Shown: positions 9,442-19,628, numbered from the stretch's first letter. The stretch is DNA of 64,000 nt from Patescibacteria group bacterium (GCA_028718745.1 JAQULF010000001.1:31666-95665); one strand, 5' to 3'. The notes: generated by a model from the sequence alone, not told the origin. Numbers and translations are program-made.

Positions 9442-9449
9442 AACTACAT

Positions 9450-11279
9450 TTATGAAATAATTATTGCTTCAAATTCCTCGCGTTCAATTACTTCTTTCTC
9501 AAGAAGCACCGACGCGATTTTATCTAAAATATCCTTGTGATTGGTTACGATGCCGTTCGCAACTGTTTCGGCTTTGGTCATAATAATTTGAACTTCATCG
9601 TCAATCGCTTGCGCGGTTTTTTCCGAATAATTTTTGGCTTCAGCAATATCGCGACCCAAAAAAACCATTTCGTCTTTATCATGAAAACTGATCGGCCCAA
9701 GTCGATCGCTCATACCATATTCTTTCACCATTTTACGCGCCATAGAAGTTGCTTGCGTTAAATCATTTTGCGCTCCAGTGGTTAGCTCGCCAAAAATTAA
9801 AATTTCGGATTCGCGACCAGCAAGATAAACTGCGATATCATCTTCAAAAGCGGTTTTTGATTTTAGAACGCGATCAAATTCCGGCGGATTCCAAGTGTAG
9901 CCCAAAGCTCTTCCGCGAGAGACAATGGAAATTTTTTGCACCGGATCAGCATTTGGCAAAAAGTGTGCAACCAGAGCATGGCCGGCTTCATGATAAGCCG
10001 TGATTTTTCTTTCTTCTTCGGTAATAACTTTGCTTTTTCGCTCCGGACCCATGAGGGTTTTTTCAATTGCTTCACCAATATATTCCATGCTGATTGTGGT
10101 TTTGTTATCGCGCGCGGATAATATCGCCGCTTCGTTCAAAAGATTGCGCAGATCAGCGCCGGAAAATCCCGGGGTTTTTTGCGCTATTTTAAATAAATCA
10201 ACATTGCCTTCCAAGGGTTTTGTTTTCACATGAACTTTCAAAATCGCTTCTCTTTCTTTAATATCCGGCAAATCAATCAAAACTCTTCGATCAAATCTTC
10301 CCGGACGAAGTAGTGCCGGATCCAAAACATCGGGACGGTTCGTTGCCGCCATGACAATCACACCGGAGTCGGTATCAAATCCGTCGAGTTCTACTAAAAT
10401 TTGATTCAAAGTTTGTTCTCTTTCATCATGCGATCCGCCAAGTCCTGCTCCTCTTTGACGGCCCACTGCATCTATTTCGTCTATAAAAATAATACAAGGC
10501 GCGTTTCTTTTTGCCTTGGCGAAGAGATCGCGAACGCGTGAAGCTCCGACCCCCACAAACATTTCCACAAATTCCGAACCGGAAATTGAGAAAAATGGAA
10601 CACCGGCTTCTCCGGAAACCGCTTTGGCTAACAAAGTTTTGCCCGTTCCCGGAGGTCCAAGAAGAAGTACCCCCTTGGGAATTTCGGCACCCATATCTTT
10701 ATATTTCTTCGGATTTTTCAAAAAGTCTACAATTTCAACTAGATCTTTTTTGGCTTCTTCAGATCCGGCCACATCTTTAAAAGTGACGCGGGAATCCTGC
10801 AGATTTACTCGAGCGCGAGATTTACCAAAAGACAATGCCTGCTGATTGGCGCCTTGAGCCGATCTCAACATCATCCAAACAAATCCGGCCATCAGTAAAA
10901 ATAGAAGCGCTGTCGGAAGTATATCTAACCAAATGGAACCGGTATCGCTATTTTTAATCTCGATATTGGTTTTATCCGGAGTAATTCCATAAGCGGTCAA
11001 AGAAATAGCCGCTTCCTTGTAGGCAATTTGTTCATTCTTGCCGTCTTTTGCTTCTTTAAGGAAAATATCCAGTTTGTCGCCATCAACCAAAATGCGATCG
11101 ACTTGACCTTGTTTAACCTCTTCAACAACTTGGGAGATATTAACTTGCGTAGTTTTAGTACTAGTCGTTTCAGTTGCTTTGGAATAAGCAAAACTAGCCC
11201 CTATCACCAGGATTAAAATTAGGATTAACCAATTGTTTTTTAGAATCTTTCCAAACCCGTTTTTCTTTTCGTTTGCCAT
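9450..11279 (-). CDS. ftsH: ATP-dependent zinc metalloprotease FtsH
   Basis: AAA+ Walker A GPPGTGKT, second region of homology, HEAGHAL zinc site; start placed at MANEKKNG before N-terminal TM helix (ORF track starts 62 codons upstream). Confidence 0.92.
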   Translation of the reverse strand: MANEKKNGFGKILKNNWLILILILVIGASFAYSKATETTSTKTTQVNISQVVEEVKQGQVDRILVDGDKLDIFLKEAKDGKNEQIAYKEAAISLTAYGITPDKTNIEIKNSDTGSIWLDILPTALLFLLMAGFVWMMLRSAQGANQQALSFGKSRARVNLQDSRVTFKDVAGSEEAKKDLVEIVDFLKNPKKYKDMGAEIPKGVLLLGPPGTGKTLLAKAVSGEAGVPFFSISGSEFVEMFVGVGASRVRDLFAKAKRNAPCIIFIDEIDAVGRQRGAGLGGSHDEREQTLNQILVELDGFDTDSGVIVMAATNRPDVLDPALLRPGRFDRRVLIDLPDIKEREAILKVHVKTKPLEGNVDLFKIAQKTPGFSGADLRNLLNEAAILSARDNKTTISMEYIGEAIEKTLMGPERKSKVITEEERKITAYHEAGHALVAHFLPNADPVQKISIVSRGRALGYTWNPPEFDRVLKSKTAFEDDIAVYLAGRESEILIFGELTTGAQNDLTQATSMARKMVKEYGMSDRLGPISFHDKDEMVFLGRDIAEAKNYSEKTAQAIDDEVQIIMTKAETVANGIVTNHKDILDKIASVLLEKEVIEREEFEAIIIS

Positions 11280-11430
11280 AATAGATCGATTATAGTATAT
11301 TTTGCCTTTCCTGTCAATTTTTGGCTTGAAAACGGGAAAAAAGTATAAAAACAAAGAGCGGCGACTTTCTGCGAAAGTCGCCGCCATGGGTTTGCTCTGG
11401 ATGATCCGAGAATTGAGCGGGAGGTATTCA

Positions 11431-11625
11431 TTATGGGGTAGCCACGGAGAATTTTTTGGTATCAAACCGTCTTACCAGCACACCACCTCTTGGACCTTTG
11501 AAACGGACAACCGTGATGTCCTTGCCCCTTCTGCCTTTCTCATGGCCAACCTCTACAATACCCGGAATGGTTCTGATCTCGCCATTTCCCAGATTAGTTA
11601 CCTCAAGCTTTTTTGGTAATGTCAT
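11431..11625 (-). CDS. small conserved hypothetical protein
   Basis: 64-aa basic protein MTLPKKLEVTNLGNGEIRTIPGIVEVGHEKGRRG...; not recognised. Confidence 0.35.
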   Translation of the reverse strand: MTLPKKLEVTNLGNGEIRTIPGIVEVGHEKGRRGKDITVVRFKGPRGGVLVRRFDTKKFSVATP

Positions 11626-11867
11626 GATCGTTTCCCCCTATTTGGAGTAAATTTTGTTCGCTTGGTTGGTAAGATACGACAGGCGCCTTTTGGCGCAAAC
11701 AAAAAACTGACCTTTACGATCAGCCTTCTATTTACAATAAATCCAGAAATAAAATTAGCTGATCGTATGGTCAGTAGTAAAGAAAAAATACCAGCTATTT
11801 TGAATCAGGATTTTATTCATTGTAGAAACATTATAGCATGTCTAAAAAATATGTAAAGTGAATTGAA

Positions 11868-12188
11868 TTATCTTATCAAGCCGGTACGAGCGATAACAAG
11901 AATGATGATTGTAAATAGAGCCAGCCAGCCAATGGTAAAATAAAGCATTTTTAGCGCTTCCTTCTTCTTATTTTCTAGAAAGAGTATAACCGGTTTGCCA
12001 AAAACCAGAAATCCGCAAATAGCTGCGGAAACAACAAGAAGCATTAAAACAGCTACTCCGACTAAAGCGCCGTCAGTCTGATCAAGAGTCTTAGTGCCGC
12101 TATTCATAATCACAACTACAATCATTACATAAATAAGTGTACCGATAGCCTGTAAAAAACTGGTTAAAACAATGCTGGTCTTTTTCAT
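11868..12188 (-). CDS. hypothetical membrane protein
   Basis: 106 aa, three hydrophobic helices. Confidence 0.5.
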   Translation of the reverse strand: MKKTSIVLTSFLQAIGTLIYVMIVVVIMNSGTKTLDQTDGALVGVAVLMLLVVSAAICGFLVFGKPVILFLENKKKEALKMLYFTIGWLALFTIIILVIARTGLIR

Positions 12189-12342
12189 ACTTTTAAAATT
12201 ATTATTATTCCCTGCATTATAACCCCGCCAATCATTCTTGGCAAATGGACAAAAAAAGAAGGCTAAGAAATTTCTCGCCTCCTCTCCACGGAAATGATGA
12301 GTGTTTTTGAATCTTTGCCAAAAAGCTGTTCGCTCATTAGCA

Positions 12343-12540
12343 TTATCTACCGCCCCAAACTGCCCTACCGGTTTTACTCCCGGATGATGAGGGGCATTTT
12401 GGGCAATGATGGGTAATGGTGGCTACCCCGGAAGACGCAAAGCCTACATCCTTTTTTTCGGTGCGCTCCATCACAGACCCGCATGTCAGACATCTTTTCT
12501 TCTGCTCTTCCGGCTGTTTTCTTGCTCTCGTTTTTGCCAT
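12343..12540 (-). CDS. small zinc-ribbon protein (GC-rich)
   Basis: 65 aa with CLTCG...CPKC; RBS aaagggg upstream on minus strand. Confidence 0.4.
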   Translation of the reverse strand: MAKTRARKQPEEQKKRCLTCGSVMERTEKKDVGFASSGVATITHHCPKCPSSSGSKTGRAVWGGR

Positions 12541-12634
12541 TTTCAGCCCCTTTCAGAATAAATTCATTCCAGGTCGATTTCAATTACGGAAATTGCCCGA
12601 TGTTCGCAAATCAAATTAATAAAGGTGCTTTGAC

Positions 12635-13381
12635 TTAGGCTTCTATTTTCGAAAACAGATAACTGCCGATAAACATTAACGCTAAAGTTACCAAGCTTAA
12701 AACTAATAAATCCGTAGCTAGCGGAAAGCTATGAATGCCATCAAAACAATAGCGCAACCCATCCACTCCATAAGCCAAGGGATTCGCTTTAACAACTACA
12801 GTCAAAATTTTAGACAAACCATTTAGCGGAAATAAAGCTCCGGAAAGGAAAAAGATCGGCATAACCAGAAAATTCATGATCAATTGGAAACCTTGCATAT
12901 CCTGCAGCATTGAAGCGATAGCAGTACCGAGAGCTGTGAAAAGGAGAGCAATTAGAAATACAAAGACGAGAGCTAGCGGAAGCAAGGTAAGAGTGGTTGG
13001 CCGAAATCCTGCAATCAAAGAAATGAGAAAAACGATTATGCCTTGAAAAGTAGCTACGGTCGCTCCGCCCAAAGTTCTACCTAACATAATCTGAATTCTA
13101 GGAACCGGCGCTACCAGCGTTTCTTTCAAAAATCCAAACTGCCTGTCCCAGATGATTTCTATTCCAGAAAAAAGAGCGGTGAAAAGAATACTCATAGCGA
13201 TAATCCCGGGAGCCAAGAAATTGAGATAATTACCTCCGCCGGCCTTGGCATAAATCGGACCGAAACCAAATCCTAAGGCTACTAAGAACAGCAAAGGCTG
13301 ACCCAATGATCCGATAATTCGGGATCGGGATCGGAAGTATCTTTTTAATTGTCTCAACCAAAGTATGTATATTGTACTCAT
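12635..13381 (-). CDS. ABC-2 type transporter permease
   Basis: 248 aa, 6 TM, typical ABC-2 permease; ATPase gene immediately upstream. Confidence 0.8.
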   Translation of the reverse strand: MSTIYILWLRQLKRYFRSRSRIIGSLGQPLLFLVALGFGFGPIYAKAGGGNYLNFLAPGIIAMSILFTALFSGIEIIWDRQFGFLKETLVAPVPRIQIMLGRTLGGATVATFQGIIVFLISLIAGFRPTTLTLLPLALVFVFLIALLFTALGTAIASMLQDMQGFQLIMNFLVMPIFFLSGALFPLNGLSKILTVVVKANPLAYGVDGLRYCFDGIHSFPLATDLLVLSLVTLALMFIGSYLFSKIEA

Positions 13382-13384
13382 ATT

Positions 13385-14179
13385 TTAATGTCTCCACATT
13401 TTTCGATGCATGCGCATGTCCGCTTGCGTACTTTGCGCTTCCTCGCGAATATCTCTGCCGGTTAAAGCCAAAAAAGCTTCTTCCAAAGAATTGGTTTCGG
13501 TTTTTTTCTTCAATTCCGCAGGTGAACCGGCTGCAACGATTTTGCCGTGATCGATAACATTGACCTCATCGGCCACCCTTTCCGCTTCATCCATATAGTG
13601 AGTGGTAAAAAATACCGTGATGCCCTCTCGCTTATTTAAATTTTTTATATAACTCCAAATATGGTTTCTAGTTTGCGGATCAAGCCCCAAGGTCGGTTCG
13701 TCCAAAAAGAGTATTTTAGGATGATGCAGTAACCCTCGAGCAATTTCCAATCTTCTTTTCATTCCTCCGGAAAAATTTTTGGTCGGTTCATTTCTGCGAT
13801 CCCAAAGTTCTACTATATTTAATAATTCTTCAATTCTTTTTTTACGGACTTTTTTGGGAACGGAATACAAAACACCGTGCAATTCCATATTTTCCAAAGC
13901 GGTCAATTCTTCGTCGAGCGATGGATCTTGAAAAACAATTCCAAAGGAACGCCTGACTCCATCCTCATCTTTTACCGAATCATATCCCGCTAAAGAAATT
14001 TTTCCTTCGGTTGGATCAAGCAAGGTCGTCAACATTCTAATCGTAGTTGTTTTTCCGGCGCCATTAGGACCCAAAAATGCAAAAACGATTCCCTTCGATA
14101 CTACAAAGGAGATACTGTCAACAGCCGTAAACTCGCCGTACTTTTTAGTCAGATTTTTGACTTCAATGATATTTTCCAT
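13385..14179 (-). CDS. ABC transporter ATP-binding protein
   Basis: Walker A GPNGAGKTT, signature FSGGMKRRLEIARG, Walker B LFLDEPTLGLD; start placed at MENIIEVKNL. Confidence 0.9.
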   Translation of the reverse strand: MENIIEVKNLTKKYGEFTAVDSISFVVSKGIVFAFLGPNGAGKTTTIRMLTTLLDPTEGKISLAGYDSVKDEDGVRRSFGIVFQDPSLDEELTALENMELHGVLYSVPKKVRKKRIEELLNIVELWDRRNEPTKNFSGGMKRRLEIARGLLHHPKILFLDEPTLGLDPQTRNHIWSYIKNLNKREGITVFFTTHYMDEAERVADEVNVIDHGKIVAAGSPAELKKKTETNSLEEAFLALTGRDIREEAQSTQADMRMHRKMWRH

Positions 14180-14265
14180 AAAAAACATTGTAGCACAAAA
14201 ACTGTTTTTTGAAAAGCAAAATCCCAAGTGGAGTCACCACCTGGGATTTATTTGTTACATGATGA

Positions 14266-15000
14266 TTACTCAAAATCGCTGCCCCAGACCCGGTCGGCCA
14301 CGCGCTCAAGGCGACACAGCGGAAACATGGACCAGAATTTTTTCTCCTGACCAGGGAAAGTGTAGTGCGGCGCGTAACTTGTTACCTGCAGTTCCTTGAA
14401 ACGAGAATGCAGGTGAGGAGTTAGTACCGCCAGCATTTTCCCGAAAGAAGAGGTCATCGTCTTGGCGTCAAGGAGATCTTTTGAGTTGCCATTCGGCTGA
14501 ACCACCTGTTCGAAGTAGCAATTATGTCCGCACGCGCTACCCCAGCGGAAGACTTCTGGGTCGAGACATTTGCTGACTTCTTCTTCGATTGAGCGAGGAT
14601 CATCCGAGATCATCTGACCATGCGCGAGTCTCCACTCAATTTCGGCTTCGCACCAACTCTGCCGGTTGTAGGAATATTCTATGAAGCCATTCCAGTAGCA
14701 GTGCTTGTAATTCTCGTCCCAGCGGCCGTTTTCGTCCGGTCCGTTACCGAATTGTTCGGTCAGAGCCAACATCACAATGAAGGCCTTGCCAGGCACATTG
14801 AAAAACAGACGCGACTCCTGGGCGAATCGGAACATGTCCACATGGTAATGGCTTGTTTTGCTGTTCATCGTGACCCATGCCATGTATCTGAATCCTTTCC
14901 TTATCATTTCATCCATCAATCGCTGGAAATACGCTTTTTCTGCTGTTTTGTAAGGAGCCATTGGTATCCCTCCGAATTGGATTTGAGGGCTGGGCATCAA
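14266..15000 (-). CDS. hypothetical protein, Trp/Cys/His-rich (GC-rich island)
   Basis: 244-aa ORF with much higher GC than flanking genes; hairpin terminator at 14228-14262; no recognisable domain. Confidence 0.4.
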   Translation of the reverse strand: MMPSPQIQFGGIPMAPYKTAEKAYFQRLMDEMIRKGFRYMAWVTMNSKTSHYHVDMFRFAQESRLFFNVPGKAFIVMLALTEQFGNGPDENGRWDENYKHCYWNGFIEYSYNRQSWCEAEIEWRLAHGQMISDDPRSIEEEVSKCLDPEVFRWGSACGHNCYFEQVVQPNGNSKDLLDAKTMTSSFGKMLAVLTPHLHSRFKELQVTSYAPHYTFPGQEKKFWSMFPLCRLERVADRVWGSDFE

Positions 15001-15260
15001 AAAACAGATGCCTAAACCGCATCTAAATTATATAGCAAAAAATAAATTTGTCAATATCTTTCCGGCCTATTTAAGCCAATAATCTTCAAATAAGCTTCCC
15101 GTTTTTACAAACAGCGGGGAGGGATTCCTGCTCGCTCCGACTCGCGGCCGGGGCGCTACACACAGAAGCCTTCGCTATGGCTCGGCTTCTATTCGCGCCC
15201 TTCGAATCCTTTCCAACATGATACTAAAAAATGACTCCTTAGAGTCATTTTTTAGTATAA

Positions 15261-15347
15261 CGGAGAGGGTGGGATTCGAACCCACGAGGAGCTTGCGCCC
15301 CTGACTGTTTTCAAGACAGTTCCATTCGACCACTCTGGCACCTCTCC
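15261..15347 (-). tRNA. tRNA-Ser (anticodon UGA), type II with long variable arm
   Basis: minus-strand read GGAGAGGTGCCAGAGTGGTCGAATGGAACTGTCTTGAAAACAGTC...GGTTCGAATCCCACCCTCTCCG; anticodon loop CTTGAAA; long variable arm; no encoded CCA. Confidence 0.85.
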
Positions 15348-15489
15348 ATATCGCTTCTTAAATATACCAAATAAAGAATGTTTTTTCAATTGAAAATAAT
15401 GGGGGAAGACAAATGTCTCCCATAAAACATCATCCATACAAAAACAACAGTTGATTTAACTGTTGTTTTTATCTATAGTGAAATAGAGC

Positions 15490-16395
15490 TTGTGGCTTCT
15501 GTCACAGAACCAAAACATTAATCAAAAGACCATGTCAGCTTACGATGACTTTCAAAATAGATTCAAACTATTAGCCAGCAAGAATCCACATCTGGTTATA
15601 AATACTTTGTCTAACATTTTTACTATGAGGCTAATCGGCAATAAAACCCATGGTGATTTAGCCGAAATTGGAATGGCCGAATTTATCAATCAGTTTATGT
15701 ATGACTTTAAGAGTATCCATGTCGGCAAGGATTTATTTCGAGCCAAAGAACACGAAGAAGACATTATTATTATCAATGAAATTACAAAAACCGAATTCCC
15801 ATTAAGCTTAAAAGCGTACGGCGACGGTCCTCTCCAGCTTTCGACCGATAGTGATCAAAAAATGTTTCCATTCTTGGAAAAACAGGGAAGAAACATTACG
15901 GATAGAGACAAGATCAAAAAAATCTTTCAGTCAAAAGAATTTGCGGATTTTGATGCGATTAATGTTATGCCTCTTATCTATGATGAGAAAAAACAACGGT
16001 GCAACATAATGATTTTCGATCATAAAAAAGCTATGAGTAAAACAGAAAGAATTATCTTTATTGATAAAAATCAAAGATTTGATTCAGAAACGAGAAGGGT
16101 AATTCCAGGCAAGGGTAGATCGCATCCTATTTTTATGTTTGTTGATAAAAAAAGCAACTACATTTGTGAAGTTCGGTACGGTGGCGCATCCGCCAATGCT
16201 TTACAGAGAGGCTTGTGGACGCATACAAAAAACGCCGTTTCCTATTTTGATTCTTTGACAAACGGCTGGATTGATTATTCTCACAATCACGCTCTTGTAA
16301 CATTATTTAGTCTGGCACTTAACAGTTCGGAATATGGTCATAAATTGGCCAATGAAATATTGCAAAAAGACATTGATAGACTCAAAACGCTATGA
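15490..16395 (+). CDS. putative type II restriction endonuclease (cognate to downstream Dam-like methyltransferase)
   Basis: 301-aa ORF with no homology recognised; stop overlaps MTase start (ATGA); very AT-rich; alternative start MSAYDD at 15532. Confidence 0.4.
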   Translation: MWLLSQNQNINQKTMSAYDDFQNRFKLLASKNPHLVINTLSNIFTMRLIGNKTHGDLAEIGMAEFINQFMYDFKSIHVGKDLFRAKEHEEDIIIINEITKTEFPLSLKAYGDGPLQLSTDSDQKMFPFLEKQGRNITDRDKIKKIFQSKEFADFDAINVMPLIYDEKKQRCNIMIFDHKKAMSKTERIIFIDKNQRFDSETRRVIPGKGRSHPIFMFVDKKSNYICEVRYGGASANALQRGLWTHTKNAVSYFDSLTNGWIDYSHNHALVTLFSLALNSSEYGHKLANEILQKDIDRLKTL

Positions 16396-17582
16396 GCAAT
16401 CAACAAGATATATTTGGGAAAATAATGGTCTCAACGCCAAAAACACAGGGAATAAAATATGCCGGATCCAAACTGAAAATTTTACCCTATATTATTGATA
16501 TTGTCTCGGAATTAAAAGGAGTTAAAAAAGTGCTCGATGGTTTTACAGGAACAACTCGTGTCGCGCAAGCGCTCGCCCAGCTTGGTTATGATGTGACTGC
16601 CAGCGATATTTCCACTTGGTCGGAGGTTTTTGCCAATTGTTATTTGAAATCAAAAAAACCGGATGAGTTTTATCAAGATATTATCAACCATCTCAATGAT
16701 CTCAAGGGTTATGATGGCTGGTACACGAAGTATTACGGCGGAAAATTAACAGGGGATGATAAAAGGCCGTTTCAAGTAAAAAATACGCGCAAATTAGATG
16801 CCATAAGAGATGAAATAGAAAAATTGAATCTGGAGTGGGTTGATAAATGCGTGATTTTAACCAGTTTAATTTATGCGCTCGACTCTGTCGATAGCACTCT
16901 CGGGCATTATGTAGCCTATCTTTCTGAATGGTCGCCGAGATCACATAATGATCTGGTATTAAAACTGCCAAAAAGGTTTGAAGGCGAAGGTAAGCACAAA
17001 GTAATCCGGAGCGATATTTTTGAGACTATTGCAAATGATGAATATGATCTAGCTTATTTTGATCCGCCCTATGGCTCCAACAATGAAAAAATGCCACCTA
17101 GTCGAGTTCGCTACGCATCTTATTATCACATTTGGACAACTATTATAAAGCATGACAAGCCGGTTGTTTTTGGAAAAGTAAATCGCCGAGAAGACAGTCG
17201 GGATTTGGTAGCTGGTTCGGTATTTGAAGAATTTAGAAAGGATAAAAATGGTTCTTTTGTCGCTATGCAGGCGTTGCGCAAATTGGTAAGAGAAACAAAG
17301 GCGCGCTATATATTGTTGTCATATAGCTCCGGTGGTAGAGCCACAAAACAGGAACTCAACGACATAATAAATGAATCGGGTAAATTATTAAAGGCTGTTG
17401 AAATTGACTACAAGAAAAATGTGATGGCTAATATGCGCTGGACGCACGAATGGATCAATAGTGATGAAAAATATCATGAATATCTTTTTCTAATGGAAAA
17501 GAATCCTGTAAAAAGTAGCTATTTAGATCAAGAGCGAATATTTATGAATAAAAAAGTTCTGGTTTGCAATCCGATTGGTTAA
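16392..17582 (+). CDS. N6-adenine DNA methyltransferase, Dam/D12 class
   Basis: N-terminal IKYAGSKLKILPYI (Dam KWAGGK-like motif), LDGFTGTT, catalytic YFDPPYG (DPPY). Confidence 0.8.
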   Translation: MSNQQDIFGKIMVSTPKTQGIKYAGSKLKILPYIIDIVSELKGVKKVLDGFTGTTRVAQALAQLGYDVTASDISTWSEVFANCYLKSKKPDEFYQDIINHLNDLKGYDGWYTKYYGGKLTGDDKRPFQVKNTRKLDAIRDEIEKLNLEWVDKCVILTSLIYALDSVDSTLGHYVAYLSEWSPRSHNDLVLKLPKRFEGEGKHKVIRSDIFETIANDEYDLAYFDPPYGSNNEKMPPSRVRYASYYHIWTTIIKHDKPVVFGKVNRREDSRDLVAGSVFEEFRKDKNGSFVAMQALRKLVRETKARYILLSYSSGGRATKQELNDIINESGKLLKAVEIDYKKNVMANMRWTHEWINSDEKYHEYLFLMEKNPVKSSYLDQERIFMNKKVLVCNPIG

Positions 17583-17793
17583 GCAAACATACATCCTACT
17601 GCAATGGCTAATTTGACAAACTTCCCAAAACTACTATACTAAAACCAAGAGAATGATAAACGAAAAAATTTATACCAAAATATATAGTAGAATTTTTTCG
17701 TAAGAGGAGGGATAGCCGAATGTGAGAAAGAAAATCGTTCGCGATTTTCTTGCGAAAATGAAGCTCATCCTGACGAGAGAGGGGGTGATATAA

Positions 17794-18063
17794 ATGAAAG
17801 GAAAAGCAAACAATAATACCTGGGGTCTTATTTGCGGTATATTTCTAGGAGGATTCCACCTGGTCTGGGCTTTGTTAATCGCTGCCGGAGTAGCGCAAGC
17901 TTTAATTGATTGGATTTTCAAACTGCACATGATTCGTCCGCCTTATGTAATCGCTCCATTTGATGCTTTATTGGCGTTAATGCTAGTCGTAGTAACATTC
18001 GTTATCGGATACATAATGGGTTGGGTTTTGGCGGCTATCTGCAACGCTTTTTGCAAGAAATAA
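17794..18063 (+). CDS. small hypothetical membrane protein
   Basis: 89 aa, two to three TM helices; RBS gagggggtg upstream. Confidence 0.45.
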   Translation: MKGKANNNTWGLICGIFLGGFHLVWALLIAAGVAQALIDWIFKLHMIRPPYVIAPFDALLALMLVVVTFVIGYIMGWVLAAICNAFCKK

Positions 18064-18101
18064 TAAAATAAGCGCTGATAATTGTTAAGCATTCACAATA
18101 C

Positions 18102-18168
18102 TACGAATTACGAATCCGTACGAATATACCAATAATTCGTATATTCGTAAAAAATTTGTAATTCGTAG
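18102..18168. promoter_or_regulatory. Array of 3x TACGAAT followed by 3x ATTCGTA (nested inverted heptamers) upstream of ORF 18208
   Basis: tacgaattacgaatccgtacgaat ... aattcgtatattcgta ... aattcgta; candidate operator or large hairpin. Confidence 0.6.
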
Positions 18169-18207
18169 TAATGTTAGTGTCTTAGAATAGGAAATACTAT
18201 TTTAGCT

Positions 18208-18903
18208 ATGCAAAAACAAAAAATTTCACCCCGCCCATCTCGGGCGGGGCAAGAATTAACTAAAAAAGAATTATTGCAGGAAGAAAAAGATAAGGATATC
18301 TGGTGGCAGGATTCCAGAAGAAATGGCCGGAAAGCTATCGCCATCATAGTGGTGTTGGTATTTATTTTAATAGCCGTAGGATTAGTGTCGGTTCTTTTTA
18401 ATCAAAGAGAGAAATTAAGCCAAAAAGAAATTGACAAAATAAGGGCGGAGATGGAATTGGTCAAGAAAGATAACCAGGCGGAATTGGATATTTTGCAAAC
18501 GAAATTGGATGCGGCACAGAAAAAATTAGATCAGGCTGAAGAAGAAAAAAACCGGAAAGTAGTCATTGAAGGATCTTTGAGCTATCCGGGTAGTGTTGTA
18601 CCAGCAGATATGACTGTTTGCGCTCAAGATTTGAAAGACGCTAAAAATCTGGTTTGCACCAAAGAGCATATTACCGATAAAAAATATACTTATGGGGTTG
18701 GTTATAAATTGGAAGTGATACCCGGAAGTTACAATGTTTATGCTACTGTCTCCGGCTGGCAGGGCTATCAAGCTTATTACGATGAATTCGTTTCGTGCGG
18801 TATGAAATATGGCTGCACTTCTCATACTCCAATTGAGGTAAAAGCCGAAAGAGGTAAAAATCTTGACGGCATCGATCCGATTGACTGGTATAAACAATCA
18901 TAA
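18208..18903 (+). CDS. hypothetical membrane-anchored coiled-coil protein
   Basis: 231 aa; one TM then KEIDKIRAEMELVKKDNQAELDILQTKLDAAQKKLDQAEEE coiled coil. Confidence 0.5.
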   Translation: MQKQKISPRPSRAGQELTKKELLQEEKDKDIWWQDSRRNGRKAIAIIVVLVFILIAVGLVSVLFNQREKLSQKEIDKIRAEMELVKKDNQAELDILQTKLDAAQKKLDQAEEEKNRKVVIEGSLSYPGSVVPADMTVCAQDLKDAKNLVCTKEHITDKKYTYGVGYKLEVIPGSYNVYATVSGWQGYQAYYDEFVSCGMKYGCTSHTPIEVKAERGKNLDGIDPIDWYKQS

Positions 18904-18920
18904 GTGCTATAATAAATAAA

Positions 18921-19400
18921 ATGGCAAACACAAATACAAAAGAAAATCGCATCTTGCTCCAATGGAGAGCCGGTGATGAAAAAAAAGATCCCAATACTAT
19001 TGTTTGGATGGTGATTTTATTCGCTCTTACCAGCGCCTCTCTAGTTTATAACTTTGTCCTTCACGAATGGATGGTGGGAATAGTTTTTGCTTTTATGATT
19101 GTTATTCTGATTTGGTATTTTTTCGGTTCTGCCAAATCGGTTGATATTGCCCTAACCACTAATGGAATTCAATTAAATAAACAGTTTTATGATTTTGAGA
19201 ATATCAAAGGATATTGGTTTTCGGAAAGAAGCGGAACTTTTTACATTGAACCGAAAAAAAGAAGTGGCATGGTCATATCTTTTCCGATTGGCAACAAGAA
19301 AATTGAAGAAATTCAGAAAAATCTGCCTGATTATCTGACTGAAATTGAAGGTCGCGGCGAAGATATCCTTGACCGCATCACCCATCTGCTACACATGTAA
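18921..19400 (+). CDS. hypothetical membrane protein
   Basis: 159 aa, two N-terminal TM helices. Confidence 0.5.
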   Translation: MANTNTKENRILLQWRAGDEKKDPNTIVWMVILFALTSASLVYNFVLHEWMVGIVFAFMIVILIWYFFGSAKSVDIALTTNGIQLNKQFYDFENIKGYWFSERSGTFYIEPKKRSGMVISFPIGNKKIEEIQKNLPDYLTEIEGRGEDILDRITHLLHM

Positions 19401-19471
19401 TCTTCCAAAAAATTAAGAAAAATGATACAATAATCCGGTGTTGGTTGGATTATTTTTTTATTTAAATGTAG

Positions 19472-19543
19472 GTCCTCGTAGTTTAATGGATAGAATGCGG
19501 CCCTGCGAAGGCTGCGATCCAGGTTCGATTCCTGGCGAGGATA
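19472..19543 (+). tRNA. tRNA-Arg (anticodon GCG), G1-U72 acceptor pair
   Basis: cloverleaf: acceptor GTCCTCG/CGAGGAT, D-arm with GG, anticodon stem CGGCC/GGCTG with loop CTGCGAA, T-arm CCAGGTTCGATTCCTGG; discriminator A. Confidence 0.6.
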
Positions 19544-19559
19544 TTTAATTGTAGCAAAG

Positions 19560-19625
19560 GGTTCGCCCAGTCATCCGACTGGGCGACCGATCGAATGATC
19601 GGTCGATTCCTAGTGGGGATATTTT
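19560..19625 (+). other. tRNA 3-prime-end-like remnant: two GC-rich hairpins plus degenerate T-loop/acceptor copy
   Basis: gcccagt-catccg-actgggc and gaccgatc-gaat-gatcggtc hairpins then ggtcgattcctagtggggata, resembling the tRNA 3-prime end ggttcgattcctggcgaggata. Confidence 0.4.
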
Positions 19626-19628
19626 TCT

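Noticed and set aside
12190-12345. Possible riboswitch or ncRNA in the 150-bp gap upstream of the small zinc-ribbon gene
   Set aside because: No recognisable riboswitch consensus such as TPP, SAM or FMN could be identified by eye. It is left unannotated.
15252-15437. 61-aa ORF overlapping tRNA-Ser
   Set aside because: It is fully explained by the tRNA gene on the same strand.
19545-19625. Second tRNA gene immediately after tRNA-Arg
   Set aside because: The T-loop-like ggtcgattcc and ggggata end are present, but no consistent acceptor, D or anticodon arms can be drawn. It is better interpreted as a degenerate 3-prime-end repeat plus two hairpins.
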